A stretch of DNA of 64,000 bases from Desulfatiglandales bacterium (GCA_963662465.1 OY759599.1:64001-128000); one strand, 5' to 3'; shown: positions 1-10,935, numbered from the stretch's first letter. Notes: generated by a model from the letters alone, not told the origin. Numbers and translations: made by a program.

Positions 1-849
1 TGTATTGGAACCGTGCTGTCCGACCGGGTAATGGATGCTGCCCGCGATGGGCTGATTTTCCAGTCGATAGGTACGGGCGTGGATAAACTGAATTTACCAA
101 AGGCTGCCGCGAAGAATATGACGGTCTGTAACTCGCATTCGCACTCCATTTATGTTGCCGAGTTTGCGGTGTCACTGCTTTTTTCGCTGGTTAAAAAAAT
201 ACATTTGCATGACCGCATGATGAGAGAGGGCACCTGGTGGCGTCCTCAAGGTGGTGCGGATGATTTTCTTTATATATCCGATACGATTATTCGCCGGAAG
301 ATTGGATTCCTGGGGTTTGGGCATATCGCACAGCATATCGCAAAAATGCTGAGGGGGTTCGATGTTAGTATCTGCGCGTTCAATCATTCACAGAAGATAC
401 TTGTTGATGAATGCCCTGAAGTGGAGTTCCGGACTCGCGAGGAGGTTGTTGCGGAAAGTGACGTGGTTTTTGTTGTGCTTCCGCTGACCGATAAAACCAA
501 TAATCTGATTGGTCGAAATGATTTCACAAGCGCGAAGAAGACGAGCCTTTGGGTTCATATATCGCGCGGGCCAGTCGTCTGTGAAAAAGATCTTTTTCAG
601 GCGATTAAGGACAAAAAAATTGCTGGCATTGCTATTGATAACTGGTTTGGGGCGTGGTTACAGCAGGGCGATAAAAAATATCCATCCAGCTATCCTTTTC
701 ACCAATGTGAAAATGTATTGCTTTCGCCATATCGGGCTATTTATGTGAACGGAATCTCACCGCACCTGACAGACGCGGTGTCGAATTTGAAGCAGTATGC
801 CGAATCCGGTATTTTGAGAAATCTGGTTGATTTAAAAAAAGGATATTAA
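1..849 (+). CDS. D-isomer-specific 2-hydroxyacid dehydrogenase, 5' partial
   Basis: GFLGFGHIA Rossmann motif, VAEFA, LPLT..T, ISRGPVV; frame is open to the window edge. Confidence 0.85.
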   Translation, partial: CIGTVLSDRVMDAARDGLIFQSIGTGVDKLNLPKAAAKNMTVCNSHSHSIYVAEFAVSLLFSLVKKIHLHDRMMREGTWWRPQGGADDFLYISDTIIRRKIGFLGFGHIAQHIAKMLRGFDVSICAFNHSQKILVDECPEVEFRTREEVVAESDVVFVVLPLTDKTNNLIGRNDFTSAKKTSLWVHISRGPVVCEKDLFQAIKDKKIAGIAIDNWFGAWLQQGDKKYPSSYPFHQCENVLLSPYRAIYVNGISPHLTDAVSNLKQYAESGILRNLVDLKKGY

Positions 850-1039
850 TGCCATTATATCCGACATATTCCGGAAAGCTCTCGGTTCGACTGAGTTGTT
901 CGAAAATGGTGAAATGCAGGTAAAAAGCAAAGTCCTTTTCTGGCACACAGGCGGGGTGATTAATCTTGTGGATCCACTTTCGTAAAGAATTTTGTATCAT
1001 TATAGCCACCGCCTTTGATTTTTGCAGGAAAACAAACAA

Positions 1040-2056
1040 ATGAACATCCTTCTCACCTCGTCCGGAAGACGGACATACATCGTTGAATACATGAAACAGG
1101 CCCTAAATGGGAAAGGGCTTGTTCATGCGGCAAACAGTGAGTTTTCCATAGCGATGCAGGTTGCTGACAAATCCGTGTGCACGCCCATGATTTTTGATGC
1201 CGGATATCTGGATTTTCTATTGGCGTATTGCCAGGCAAATCAAATAGGGGCAGTGATGTCGCTTTTTGATATTGATCTGCCCGTGCTTGCCGGGGCAAAG
1301 AAACGTTTTGCCGAAAAAGGCATCCAGATCGTTGTTTCCGACCATTCAGTGACCCGGATCTGTAATGATAAATACCAGACATATACATTTTTGCAGGAAA
1401 ACAATTTCAATGCGCCTTTTACATTTATCAAGTTGAACGATGTGAGACAGGCCATTCATGCCGAATCAATTCATTACCCTGTCATTGTCAAGCCCAGGTG
1501 GGGAATGGGATCAATCGGCATTTATCAGGCAGATAATGACAAAGAGCTGGATATTTTTTATGCCAAAGTAAAAAAAGATATCCAGCGCTCATATTTGAAA
1601 TATGAATCTACCGATGACCATGACCATTGTGTAATTGTTCAGGAAAAACTGGAAGGGCAGGAATTTGGCATTGATGTGCTCAATGACCTTGACGACAATT
1701 TTGCCGGCCTTGTTCCCAAAAAAAAGATTGCCATGCGGTCCGGAGAAACAGATTCCGCCGAAGTGATAGACCATGCCGGTTTGGCCAAGGTTGGGCAGGC
1801 ACTTGCAGCAACGTTGAAGCATTGCGGTAATTTGGATGTTGATTGCTTTGAAAAGGATGGCAAAGTGTATGTTCTGGAAATGAACTGCCGCTTTGGCGGG
1901 CAGTATCCATTTTCACACCTGGCCGGTGTAAACTACCCGGCGGCTATCGTCAGTTGGTTGAGAGGTGAAACGCCTTTGCAAGATTGTTTTTCGTATAAAG
2001 TCGGGACCAGAGGGATTAAGGATATTTTGCCAAGGGTTCTGTTGAATCCGTCTTGA
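1040..2056 (+). CDS. ATP-grasp protein (carbamoyl-phosphate synthase-like, polysaccharide modification)
   Basis: MNILLTSSGRR start, IVKPRWGMGSIG, LEMNCRFGGQY. Confidence 0.85.
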   Translation: MNILLTSSGRRTYIVEYMKQALNGKGLVHAANSEFSIAMQVADKSVCTPMIFDAGYLDFLLAYCQANQIGAVMSLFDIDLPVLAGAKKRFAEKGIQIVVSDHSVTRICNDKYQTYTFLQENNFNAPFTFIKLNDVRQAIHAESIHYPVIVKPRWGMGSIGIYQADNDKELDIFYAKVKKDIQRSYLKYESTDDHDHCVIVQEKLEGQEFGIDVLNDLDDNFAGLVPKKKIAMRSGETDSAEVIDHAGLAKVGQALAATLKHCGNLDVDCFEKDGKVYVLEMNCRFGGQYPFSHLAGVNYPAAIVSWLRGETPLQDCFSYKVGTRGIKDILPRVLLNPS

Positions 2057-2075
2057 CATGAAAAGGAGGCCATCC

Positions 2076-2601
2076 ATGAAAAAATCCTCAGCATTGATGG
2101 CGGCGGCATCCGGGGTCTGATTCCGGCCCTGGTTCCCGTTGGCGGGGCTACCCGAGCGTTGATCGACGGCGGGGTGTTCATCAAGTCCCCGTCTGTGGCG
2201 GCGTATGCAGAAGCCAAAAAGATATTTCCCGAAGAGAGCGAATTTTTTGTGCTGTCCCTGGGAACATAGGAGCTGATCCGGCCCATCGCTTAGCCGAAGC
2301 CAAGGACTGGGGCAAGGCCGGCTGGCTGGCGCCGCTGCTGAGATGTATGTTTGACGGGGCCGCAGATGCGGCCAACTACCAGATGAAAATATTTCTGGGC
2401 TCCCGGTATGTCCGGATGCAAACCAGCTTGGCCGTGGCATCAGATAACATGGATAATGCCACCCACGGCAATGTGGAAAACCTCAAAGCTGAAGCCGGAA
2501 AGCTGATTCAGACCCATAAGGCGGAGATGGAAACAGTGTGTGAGCTTTTGCAGGAGATCCGGGAAGTTAACCCAACACCCAAAACCCAAAAATCCCTTTA
2601 A
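2076..2601 (+). pseudogene. Patatin-like phospholipase remnant
   Basis: ILSIDGGGIRG joined almost directly to LIDGGV and VLSLGT; GxSxG segment deleted; two TAG stops and frameshifts; AGGAGG RBS upstream. Confidence 0.8.
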
Positions 2602-2617
2602 ACCAGGCTTAACCCCA

Positions 2618-4147
2618 GTGACGAAAGACAATGTCCTGATTTTTAAAAACAGCGCCATCATGTATGTGCGGCTCGTCCTTACTTCCATCATCGGGCTGGT
2701 TGCATCCCGTTTTGTCATCCAGAACCTGGGCGTATCGGACTATGGATTGTACAGTGTGGTTGGCGGCATTGTGGTGATGCTGGCATTTCTCAACACGGTG
2801 ATGGTTTCAACCACATATCGGTATATCGCTTTTGAGATGGGAAAAAACGGGACAGATGGAATCAGGAAAGTGTTCAACATCAGCCTGGTCATACATTTGG
2901 GTCTGGCGTTTCTGGTTCTCATCCTGGCTGAAACAGCTGGTGTTTTTTATATTAACAATTACCTGAATGTCGAACCGGGGAAGGTTCCGGACGCGCTGTT
3001 TGTCATGAGGTTTTCCGCGCTGGCCACATCTTTTTCTGTGGCCAGCATTCCCTACCAGGGATTGGTCACGGCCCAGGAAAAGTTCGGGGTCAGGGCAACC
3101 ATCGAAATTATCAGGAGTGTATTGGCTTTTCTGGCCGCACTGGTCATTGTTTATTCTGATGACAAACTTCGCTTGTATGCCATTTTGATCGCCATTGCCA
3201 CTGGAACCCCCTCATGGCTGTTTTTCTCCTATTGCAAAAAAAAATATAGAGATATTACCCAGTGGCAGTTGCAAAAAGAATTCTCCAAATACAGGGAAAT
3301 GCTGGGGTATTCCGTATGGATAATGATTGGTGCCGCTGCTGCAGTGGGTAAGATACAGGGATCGGCGCTGATCATCAACGCTTTTTTCGGTACGGTTTTA
3401 AACGCAGGTTTTGGTATTGCCAAACAGGTAAACGGTGTCGTCCTGATGTTTTCCAGAAACCTGGGACAGGCTGCCATACCGCAGATTACAAAGAGTTTCA
3501 GCAGCGGCAATACCGGTAGATCCATTTCTCTGGCTTGTTACATATCCAAATATACCTGTTTTTTAATGCTGCTCCCTTCCCTGCCGATCCTGTTGGAAAC
3601 CCATTTTTTGTTGCAGGCATGGCTTGGCACGGTACCACCTTACACGGTGATATTCTGTCAGCTCATGATTGTAGATGCGTTGATCGCCAGCCTCAATGCA
3701 GGGATTCCGGCAGTGGTGCAGGCAACCGGTAAAATTAAATATTTCCAGATAATTTTAAGTACTACATCGCTGATGAGCTTACCGATTGCGTATCTGCTGT
3801 TCAAGGCAGGATACCCCCCGTATTCAATTCAGTTTGCCTTTATTTCAACGGCACTGATTAATGTTGTTGTCCGGCAGGTTTTATTGAAAAAACTCATTGA
3901 TTTTGATGTAATACATTTCATGAAAACATCCTATTTAAAGGTGTTTTATGTGGTAATGCTCGTGCTGCCCCTGTTTTTTATCAGGGATATATTTTCTCCT
4001 GGTGCCGCACGTTTTTTTCTTGTTTCCTTTTTTTCAGTGTGCTGGCTTGTCGCTGTGATTTATCTGACAGGAATAGAAAAAAAAGAAAAAGCATTTGCCA
4101 CTGAAATCATCAGCAAAATTTTAATAAAGACGAAAATGTATGGATGA
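2618..4147 (+). CDS. Wzx/MOP-family polysaccharide flippase
   Basis: About 510 aa, many TM segments, LGVSDYGLYSVVGG N-terminal signature; start codon uncertain (GTG 2618). Confidence 0.85.
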   Translation: MTKDNVLIFKNSAIMYVRLVLTSIIGLVASRFVIQNLGVSDYGLYSVVGGIVVMLAFLNTVMVSTTYRYIAFEMGKNGTDGIRKVFNISLVIHLGLAFLVLILAETAGVFYINNYLNVEPGKVPDALFVMRFSALATSFSVASIPYQGLVTAQEKFGVRATIEIIRSVLAFLAALVIVYSDDKLRLYAILIAIATGTPSWLFFSYCKKKYRDITQWQLQKEFSKYREMLGYSVWIMIGAAAAVGKIQGSALIINAFFGTVLNAGFGIAKQVNGVVLMFSRNLGQAAIPQITKSFSSGNTGRSISLACYISKYTCFLMLLPSLPILLETHFLLQAWLGTVPPYTVIFCQLMIVDALIASLNAGIPAVVQATGKIKYFQIILSTTSLMSLPIAYLLFKAGYPPYSIQFAFISTALINVVVRQVLLKKLIDFDVIHFMKTSYLKVFYVVMLVLPLFFIRDIFSPGAARFFLVSFFSVCWLVAVIYLTGIEKKEKAFATEIISKILIKTKMYG

Positions 4148-5096
4148 TTTTGCTCCTGTTTTGATCGCAACACTGAATCGGTATGTGCATTTTAAAAGAT
4201 GTGTGGAATCATTATCAAACTGTACCCATGCGGAAAAGACAGATCTTTTCATTGCCTTGGATTATCCGTTAAGTGAATCCCATTGGGAAGGGTATGAAAA
4301 AATAAAGGCGTACATTCCCCGGATAACTGGATTTAAGTCGATTCAAATCATTGAAAGACAGAAAAATTTTGGTGCGAGAGAAAACAAACAAGATGCCAGA
4401 AAAATGATTTTTGAAACTTATGACCGGATGATTGTTTCTGAAGATGATAATGAGTTTTCCTATGATTTTTTAAATTTTGTGAACCAGGGGCTTGAAGTAT
4501 ATAAAGATCGGATGGATATTTATTCAGTTTGCGGGTACCAATTTCCAGTTGTGTTTCCAAAAAGCTATAAAAAAGACATCTATATTTGGCAAGGTTTTTC
4601 AGCATGGGGCGTTGGCATCTGGAGAGAAAAAGCTCTGAGAGTCGATCCGAATCAAGAAACCATATTATCTAATACTAGAAATTTTTTAAATAACTATGGA
4701 GAAGTTTATAGGCATTTTAAAGTGGCAAATCATTTTATTGGAAACAAGATGAAAATGGCACAAAAAAATGAAATTTATGGCGATGCATATCTCTCATGGT
4801 ATTTAATCAGCAATAATATGTATTCCGTCTTTCCTGTTGTCAGTCGGGTTCGAAATAGCGGTCATGACGGGAGTGGATTACATTGCGGGTACATGAAAGA
4901 AAACCCTTATAAAGATCAAATTCTTTATATAGGATCGGATGATTATAGTCTAGATGCAAATATACAGCCCCATCCCATTCCAAACAAATTCCTATATGAT
5001 TTTTTTAAATTGAATTTTAGGAAAAGGGTGAAGTTATTTATAAAATTTATATTATATCATTTTGATTTGAAGGTCAAAATCAAGAAAATATGTTAG
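4140..5096 (+). CDS. GT-A fold glycosyltransferase
   Basis: APVLIATLNR, IVSEDD, SAWG, NSGHDGSGLH. Confidence 0.8.
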   Translation: MDDFAPVLIATLNRYVHFKRCVESLSNCTHAEKTDLFIALDYPLSESHWEGYEKIKAYIPRITGFKSIQIIERQKNFGARENKQDARKMIFETYDRMIVSEDDNEFSYDFLNFVNQGLEVYKDRMDIYSVCGYQFPVVFPKSYKKDIYIWQGFSAWGVGIWREKALRVDPNQETILSNTRNFLNNYGEVYRHFKVANHFIGNKMKMAQKNEIYGDAYLSWYLISNNMYSVFPVVSRVRNSGHDGSGLHCGYMKENPYKDQILYIGSDDYSLDANIQPHPIPNKFLYDFFKLNFRKRVKLFIKFILYHFDLKVKIKKIC

Positions 5097-5119
5097 CTAA
5101 GAATTAGGGAATTATTTTT

Positions 5120-6040
5120 ATGGGTAAAATTTTATCGCCAGTTACTAAGAAAGATCATGTAAAGCATCTGAGGACAATCAATATTGATTGGATCGTTGAA
5201 CAGTGGAAAGGAAAATTTGATTATGATGTAAGATACCTTTTTAACGGCCTCGATTCCTTAGAACTATTTCAATGTGTTGATACAGGATATTCTTTTTATT
5301 ATCCGGCTGTAATGGGTGACGCAGCTTTTTATAAGCATTGTCAAACAAAAAGTTTTTACTATATGCCATGGAAATGGGAGCATGAGCAAGCCGTCGGTTT
5401 TTTAACTGACAATATTTCTATTATAGAGATTGGTTGTGCTGAAGGTCATTTTTTGGAAAAATTAACAACGCTTTTTAATTTGCGGCAATGCGTGGGTCTT
5501 GAAATGAACATTGCAGCACTAGAAAAAGCCAGAGAAAAAGGACTGAACGTCCATAGTGAAATTTTGGAAGAGCATGCCCAAAATAATAAAAATAAATATG
5601 ATGTTTTATGCAGTTTTCAAACACTTGAGCATATAGCTGATGTTCATTCTTTTATTGAACACAGCCTTTCTTGTCTTAAAAAAAATGGAAAGTTGATCAT
5701 AAGTGTTCCGAACAATCAATCTTTTATTTCCGAAACAGACCAGATTTTGAATATGCCCCCTCACCATGTGGGCCTGTGGGACCAAAAATCGCTTCAATCA
5801 ATTGTAAGTATATTCAATTTAAGGTTTGATGTGATTTTGTTTGAACCGATTCAAAAATATCATGTAGAGTTTTTTAAAAGAACAGTGTATCGAAAAGTGA
5901 TTGGAAAAAAGTTTGATAATCGATTGGTTCGAAAATTTTACAGAGAACTGTTTTTGAAACCTTTTGTTGATAAATATATTGAATACTGCCAAAAATGGAT
6001 TCCAGGACATACTGTTCTTGCAGTGTATTCAAAAATATAA
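5120..6040 (+). CDS. Class I SAM-dependent methyltransferase
   Basis: IIEIGCAEG, FQTLEH, GKLIISVPN, PPHH. Confidence 0.9.
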   Translation: MGKILSPVTKKDHVKHLRTINIDWIVEQWKGKFDYDVRYLFNGLDSLELFQCVDTGYSFYYPAVMGDAAFYKHCQTKSFYYMPWKWEHEQAVGFLTDNISIIEIGCAEGHFLEKLTTLFNLRQCVGLEMNIAALEKAREKGLNVHSEILEEHAQNNKNKYDVLCSFQTLEHIADVHSFIEHSLSCLKKNGKLIISVPNNQSFISETDQILNMPPHHVGLWDQKSLQSIVSIFNLRFDVILFEPIQKYHVEFFKRTVYRKVIGKKFDNRLVRKFYRELFLKPFVDKYIEYCQKWIPGHTVLAVYSKI

Positions 6041-6066
6041 TGTTTAATTTTAGATAATTGGAAAGC

Positions 6067-7335
6067 ATGATGAAAGTCCTCTGGTTTTCAAACACTCCAG
6101 CCAATAGTGATGAATATTTCAATAATGAACTTGCAGAGACAGGCGGCTGGATTAAATCTTTAGACAAGGCAATCCAGAATAAAGTTGATCTTCACATAGC
6201 TTTTTATCACAAAAATAAAATCGCCGATTTCCGGTATAAGAATGCACAGTACTATCCCATCCTAAAATACAAGAATTTCTTTGGCATATTAAAAAAAAGG
6301 CTTTTTAGCACGACGATTGATAGTGAGCATCGATCTCTTTATTTGAATTTGATTCAAAAAATACGACCCGATATTATCCATATCCATGGAACGGAAAGTC
6401 CATTTGGGTGTATCATAGAGCATACTGATATCCCGGTTGTTGTGTCCATTCAGGGCAATATCACGGTTTACCTGCATAAATTTTGCTCTGGTATTGAGAA
6501 GACATATTTGAGAGTAAGAAATTTTGATGTCGCAAATTATAAAACTTTTTTTTACCCCCCTGCTTTTAAAAATAGTAGAAATAGGTTTGTCAGAATGCAG
6601 AAACGGGAGGAAAGAAACCTTAGAAACTGCAAAAACATAATCGGGAGAACTGCTTGGGACAGGCGCATCAGCCGTATTTTGGCATCTGAAAGAAAATATT
6701 TTCATAATGATGAAATTCTCCGTGATGGTTTTTATCGTGCGGAGTGGAAGCCAAAAGAACGAAAAAATTTGATTTTACATACGACAAACAGCAACAATTT
6801 TTATAAAGGGTTTGAGACGCTTTGTATGTGTATATATGAGCTGCAAAAATTGGGCGTCGATGTTGAATGGCGGGTGGCCGGCATCAATAGCAATGATTTG
6901 ATTGTCAAAATCGTTAAAAGAATGTTGAAGGATAAATTTCCTCACAAAAGTTTGACATTGCTGGGACGCCTGACTGCAAGTGATTTGATCGAAAACCTAT
7001 TGGAAGCTGATATTTACATCATGCCCTCCCATATTGAGAACAGCCCGAACAATCTTTGCGAGGCCATGATTTTGGGCATGCCCTGTGTTGCAACATTTGC
7101 AGGCGGAACTGGTTCGCTTCTAAATGATGGACATGAAGGAATCCTTATCCAGGACGGTGACCCTTGGGCGATGGCTGGAGCTATTTTGGAGATGAAAGAA
7201 GATTTTAAAAAGGCTGTCATGATGGGTGGTAATGCTCGCGAAAGAGCTTTACAACGGCATGATAAAGACAAAATTGCCAAAGAACTGGTAAAAATATACT
7301 CAAATATTCTGTTTATCCATGCAAATAAAAGATAA
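6067..7335 (+). CDS. GT4 glycosyltransferase
   Basis: IHIHGTE, PSHIENSPNNLCEAMILG (EX7E). Confidence 0.9.
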   Translation: MMKVLWFSNTPANSDEYFNNELAETGGWIKSLDKAIQNKVDLHIAFYHKNKIADFRYKNAQYYPILKYKNFFGILKKRLFSTTIDSEHRSLYLNLIQKIRPDIIHIHGTESPFGCIIEHTDIPVVVSIQGNITVYLHKFCSGIEKTYLRVRNFDVANYKTFFYPPAFKNSRNRFVRMQKREERNLRNCKNIIGRTAWDRRISRILASERKYFHNDEILRDGFYRAEWKPKERKNLILHTTNSNNFYKGFETLCMCIYELQKLGVDVEWRVAGINSNDLIVKIVKRMLKDKFPHKSLTLLGRLTASDLIENLLEADIYIMPSHIENSPNNLCEAMILGMPCVATFAGGTGSLLNDGHEGILIQDGDPWAMAGAILEMKEDFKKAVMMGGNARERALQRHDKDKIAKELVKIYSNILFIHANKR

Positions 7336-7350
7336 AAGGTTTAATTAAAA

Positions 7351-7503
7351 TTGATTAATACTACTGTATCATATAGTAAAAATCAGCCATATAATCAAGG
7401 ATATCAAATTCAATTTGTATGTGGAGTTCTATTTATTATTAATCCGTTGTTAAATATTTTCATATTAACGTCATTAATTCTGGCTCAACCGGAACTGGTG
7501 TGA
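7351..7503 (+). pseudogene. Truncated 5' end of a Wzy/EpsG-like gene, diverged homolog of 8291..9535
   Basis: YQIQFVCGVLFIINPLLNIFIL versus YQLQILCAFLFIINPIFSIFIL; upstream 90 bp is also homologous. Confidence 0.75.
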
Positions 7504-7695
7504 TGCCGATCCCCGTCAACTGGAATCAATGTGGTCAATAAAATCAATCTGTTACGCAAACTATTGTAAGATATCAATATCTTAACAATGTTATTAAGAG
7601 TAAAAAAATGAGCACTTTTTGATTTTAGCGTAACTACCTGTAAAAGAACGAGAAAATAGCAAAAAGACAGTCATTTTACCACAGCGGTTCCGGTT
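7487..7695. mobile_element. MITE-like or internally deleted IS, about 209 bp
   Basis: Imperfect terminal inverted repeats AACCGGAACTGGTGTGA / CCACAGCGGTTCCGGTT (14/17); no target duplication seen. Confidence 0.5.
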
Positions 7696-7738
7696 TTGAC
7701 CCTTAATTCTCTACGAAAAAGAAACAAATGAAAGGTTG

Positions 7739-8205
7739 TTACCTTATGGCACTGTCGAAACGGGTGATAATGGAAAACTTATCCAGTTGACAGCGAAACC
7801 GGAGGTTACCTTTAAAATCAATAGCGGCATGTACATTTTGGAGCCGCGCTTATTGTACGAAATTCCAGAAAATAGGTTTTTTCGCAATACCGCAAAACTC
7901 ACCTTTTAAAGTCATATTTAATGAAATAGGCATATTTATTGCTTATCATAACATATGATTGTTTTTTAATGGGTTATAGCATGTGAAAATGGATGCCAAC
8001 TCTTTATTTTACCATGAAAAACTGGTTTGTAGGTGAGTTTTGCGGTGCTGCGTTTTTTCACATTACTCAATTAATTGCGAATGTAAACTCAAGAGGTGGT
8101 CGGGTTGGCGTATTTCCAGTGAGTGAGAGATCATGGAAGGATGTTGGCAACTGGGGAGGATATCTTAAGATGCTTAAGATAGGGGTTTTAGCTAAGGGAC
8201 AATAA
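7739..8205 (+). pseudogene. C-terminal fragment of a sugar-phosphate nucleotidyltransferase, interrupted by a MITE
   Basis: LPYGTVE..KPEVTFKINSGMYILEP..EIPENRFF|HITQLI..GVFPVSERSWKDVG; the frame is restored by removing the MITE and one target copy. Confidence 0.8.
7884..8051. mobile_element. 168-bp MITE
   Basis: 21-bp TIRs GCA(AT/GC)ACCGCAAAACTCACCT; 8-bp target duplication GTTTTTTC at 7876-7883 and 8052-8059. Confidence 0.9.
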
Positions 8206-8290
8206 AGACAAAATTGCCAATGAACTGGTAAAAACATACTCAGATATTCTGGCCACCCGTGTAAATGGAATATAAAAGGTTTTATTAAAA

Positions 8291-9535
8291 TTGACTAATT
8301 ATAGCCTATCATATACTAAAAGTTCGCACTATTTGAAATTCTACCAACTTCAAATATTATGCGCGTTTTTATTTATTATCAATCCTATATTTAGCATTTT
8401 TATTTTAGCGTTATTCATCATTCACCAAAAAGCAACAAATGAAGAATTGTTATATTCTTTATATGTCTTGATATCGCTTTATCTCGGACTAATAAATTCA
8501 ACTAGAACTCCCTTAGTTGATTTACGAAACTATGAAATTTCCTTCGAACGCGCATCATACTTAAATATTTTTGATTTTCTGTATTATTATCCTAAAGACC
8601 CAATATTTTACATTGTAACTTTTTTGTGCAATAAAATCTTTTTTGCCAACTTTAAATTATATGTCATTTTTATTACTTTTTGCCAATATTATCTGATGTT
8701 CCTTGCAATTCATAAATATTGGAAAAATAATGACAAAAGCTTATTACTTTTTGCAGTGCTAATTTTCTCAATTTTTAGCAGATTTTTCTTTGCATCTGCT
8801 TACTTAATAAGACAAATGTTAGCTGGAAGTGTTTTTATCTATTTCTTTGTCACAAAAATAGTCGAAAAAAAAACATATTGGTGGCTAATTCCAATTGGTT
8901 TTTTAATCCATTCATCTTCTATCATTTTGTATGTTTTGAGTTTTATCCCTCGATTAGAACATAAGCTTACAATTCGAAACGGAGTTTATTTATTGTTCCT
9001 TGGAATTAGTGTTGTATTTTTAGGTAGATATATGCTAATTTTTTTGGATAGCTTAACAAAAGGGATAAATTATTTGAACTATCCAATTCAAAGAATTGCT
9101 TCATTAGGGTCAACGGATCTTACCTCGTGGTATGATGGCTCCAGTGCAAATAGCAGTAGGTATTTCTATTATGTTCAATTACTTCCAGTTATAGCTTTTG
9201 CAAATGTTTACTTGAAAGGGAGACTTGATACCTATGCTTTCTTAAATTTATCCCTCATACTTATTTTTGCTTGTGAATTATTATTTTTTAGTAATTATTT
9301 ATACATACAATTGCGATTTATGTATTATTTGGCTTTTGTAATTCCTTTTGTTTATCCTTATTTGTTTTTCAAGAATAGATTGTATAGTGATATTGCAGTA
9401 AAAACATTAGGCATGACGTTTATAATTGTTTGGTTTATTCATCGATTGATAATGGGCTTCAATATCGAAGGAATTGGGTTTGCACCAATTGGTGAAATTA
9501 TTGCATATCCGGTTCCGATGTATTTCATGAATTAA
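8291..9535 (+). CDS. EpsG/Wzy-like polysaccharide polymerase
   Basis: AT-rich, about 10 TM segments, DLRNY, LIRQMLA, LIHSSS. Confidence 0.8.
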   Translation: MTNYSLSYTKSSHYLKFYQLQILCAFLFIINPIFSIFILALFIIHQKATNEELLYSLYVLISLYLGLINSTRTPLVDLRNYEISFERASYLNIFDFLYYYPKDPIFYIVTFLCNKIFFANFKLYVIFITFCQYYLMFLAIHKYWKNNDKSLLLFAVLIFSIFSRFFFASAYLIRQMLAGSVFIYFFVTKIVEKKTYWWLIPIGFLIHSSSIILYVLSFIPRLEHKLTIRNGVYLLFLGISVVFLGRYMLIFLDSLTKGINYLNYPIQRIASLGSTDLTSWYDGSSANSSRYFYYVQLLPVIAFANVYLKGRLDTYAFLNLSLILIFACELLFFSNYLYIQLRFMYYLAFVIPFVYPYLFFKNRLYSDIAVKTLGMTFIIVWFIHRLIMGFNIEGIGFAPIGEIIAYPVPMYFMN

Positions 9536-9574
9536 ATTTAATATCAAAGAAGCTTTTCATAATTAGACAACGAC

Positions 9575-9770
9575 TTCCGCTACGCTTTGTAAACTCTGAA
9601 GGAGAACGTGTCACTTTTTACACCTGAAATTCTTAAAAAATTCAACCATATTACCGTTAATTACGGACATGAAATTGTTGGGATGAAGCCTGATGAAAAG
9701 CTCAATGCAAGCTGTGATTCTTTTGTCTTTGAAACGGATGTTCACTACCCGACAGACACCAATCTCTTAG
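9575..9770 (+). pseudogene. Transposase fragment (ISNCY/IS5-like)
   Basis: TLKENVSLFTPEIL..CDSFVFETDVHYPTDTNLL. Confidence 0.7.
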
Positions 9771-10052
9771 AAGGAAGTGGTGTATGGACCGTAACTGGTG
9801 ACTGCTGTTTACATAGCAACTGCTTCATTCCCAAATGCTGAACTTTTATGGGATTACATCCCAAATTCGCAGGTCGGCAGTATCCATATTTTCCCAGCAT
9901 TTAAAAGAAATACGGGAATATCCCAGCATAGGCAAGGGATTGTTAAAGCAATCTCGTTTTGGCTGAATTGAAATTTTATTATGCCCCGATTTTTTGGAGT
10001 TTATTTTATCTGCAAGATTTATACACATATGATCATCAAAACGAAAGGTGTT

Positions 10053-10886
10053 ATGAAGAATCCAAAAATATCAATTTTAACGCCAAATTACAACTATGCG
10101 CAGTACATTGGTAAAACAATTGAAAGTGTAGTTATGCAAGACTACGATAATGTCGAACACATTATTGTTGACGATGGCTCTACTGATAATTCTGTCAGTA
10201 TTATAAAAGGTTATCAAAGACAATACCCTGATAAAATAAAGCTGATACAGCAAGAAAATCAAGGGCAAACAAAAGCATTAAATATTGCGCTGTCAAATGT
10301 TACCGGTGACGTGATCGGATGGTTAAATTCTGATGATACATTTTGCGGATGTGTTTTTCACCAAATCGTTGATATCCTTATAAAACAACAAGCGGTGGAT
10401 GCAGTTTTTGGTGATATTAATATTATTGATAGTGGTAATAATATTATCCGAACAAATAAGTATCTAAAATTTAATTATTTGTCAGCAGTATTTAATGGGT
10501 TCGGTAAAGAAATACCCTCCAATGCAATATTTTGGAGAAGATGTTTATCTGATTCAATTTCTGGGTTTGATGAATTTTATAATTATGGAATGGATTCAGA
10601 ATACTGGTCTAGATTATTGTTGAATAAAAATGTAAAAAAAATAGATTTAATCATTGCAAATTTCCGATGGCACCCATCAGCAAAAACAATTAAGAGTAAA
10701 AATAAAAATGATGAGGGTTTTAATAAACCTTTAGAAGAAAGAAATATAATAATGGAGAAGTCATACAAAAATTTGTTTTTATCAAGACTAATACCCATTA
10801 AATATTCAAAACCAATTTATTATTTTTACAGATTAAGAAGGTTGATTTTAAGAGGTATAAAAGGCGAATATTTTAAAAGGAGCTAA
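10053..10886 (+). CDS. GT2 glycosyltransferase
   Basis: ISILTPNYN, IVDDGSTD, WLNSDD. Confidence 0.92.
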   Translation: MKNPKISILTPNYNYAQYIGKTIESVVMQDYDNVEHIIVDDGSTDNSVSIIKGYQRQYPDKIKLIQQENQGQTKALNIALSNVTGDVIGWLNSDDTFCGCVFHQIVDILIKQQAVDAVFGDINIIDSGNNIIRTNKYLKFNYLSAVFNGFGKEIPSNAIFWRRCLSDSISGFDEFYNYGMDSEYWSRLLLNKNVKKIDLIIANFRWHPSAKTIKSKNKNDEGFNKPLEERNIIMEKSYKNLFLSRLIPIKYSKPIYYFYRLRRLILRGIKGEYFKRS

Positions 10887-10935
10887 AGTTTCACAGTTTT
10901 TGAAGTGTTTCAGCTCGATCGTTTAATCTTATCCG

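Noticed and set aside
7993..8205. 70-aa ORF as an independent gene
   Set aside because: Its start lies inside the MITE and the remainder is the nucleotidyltransferase tail.
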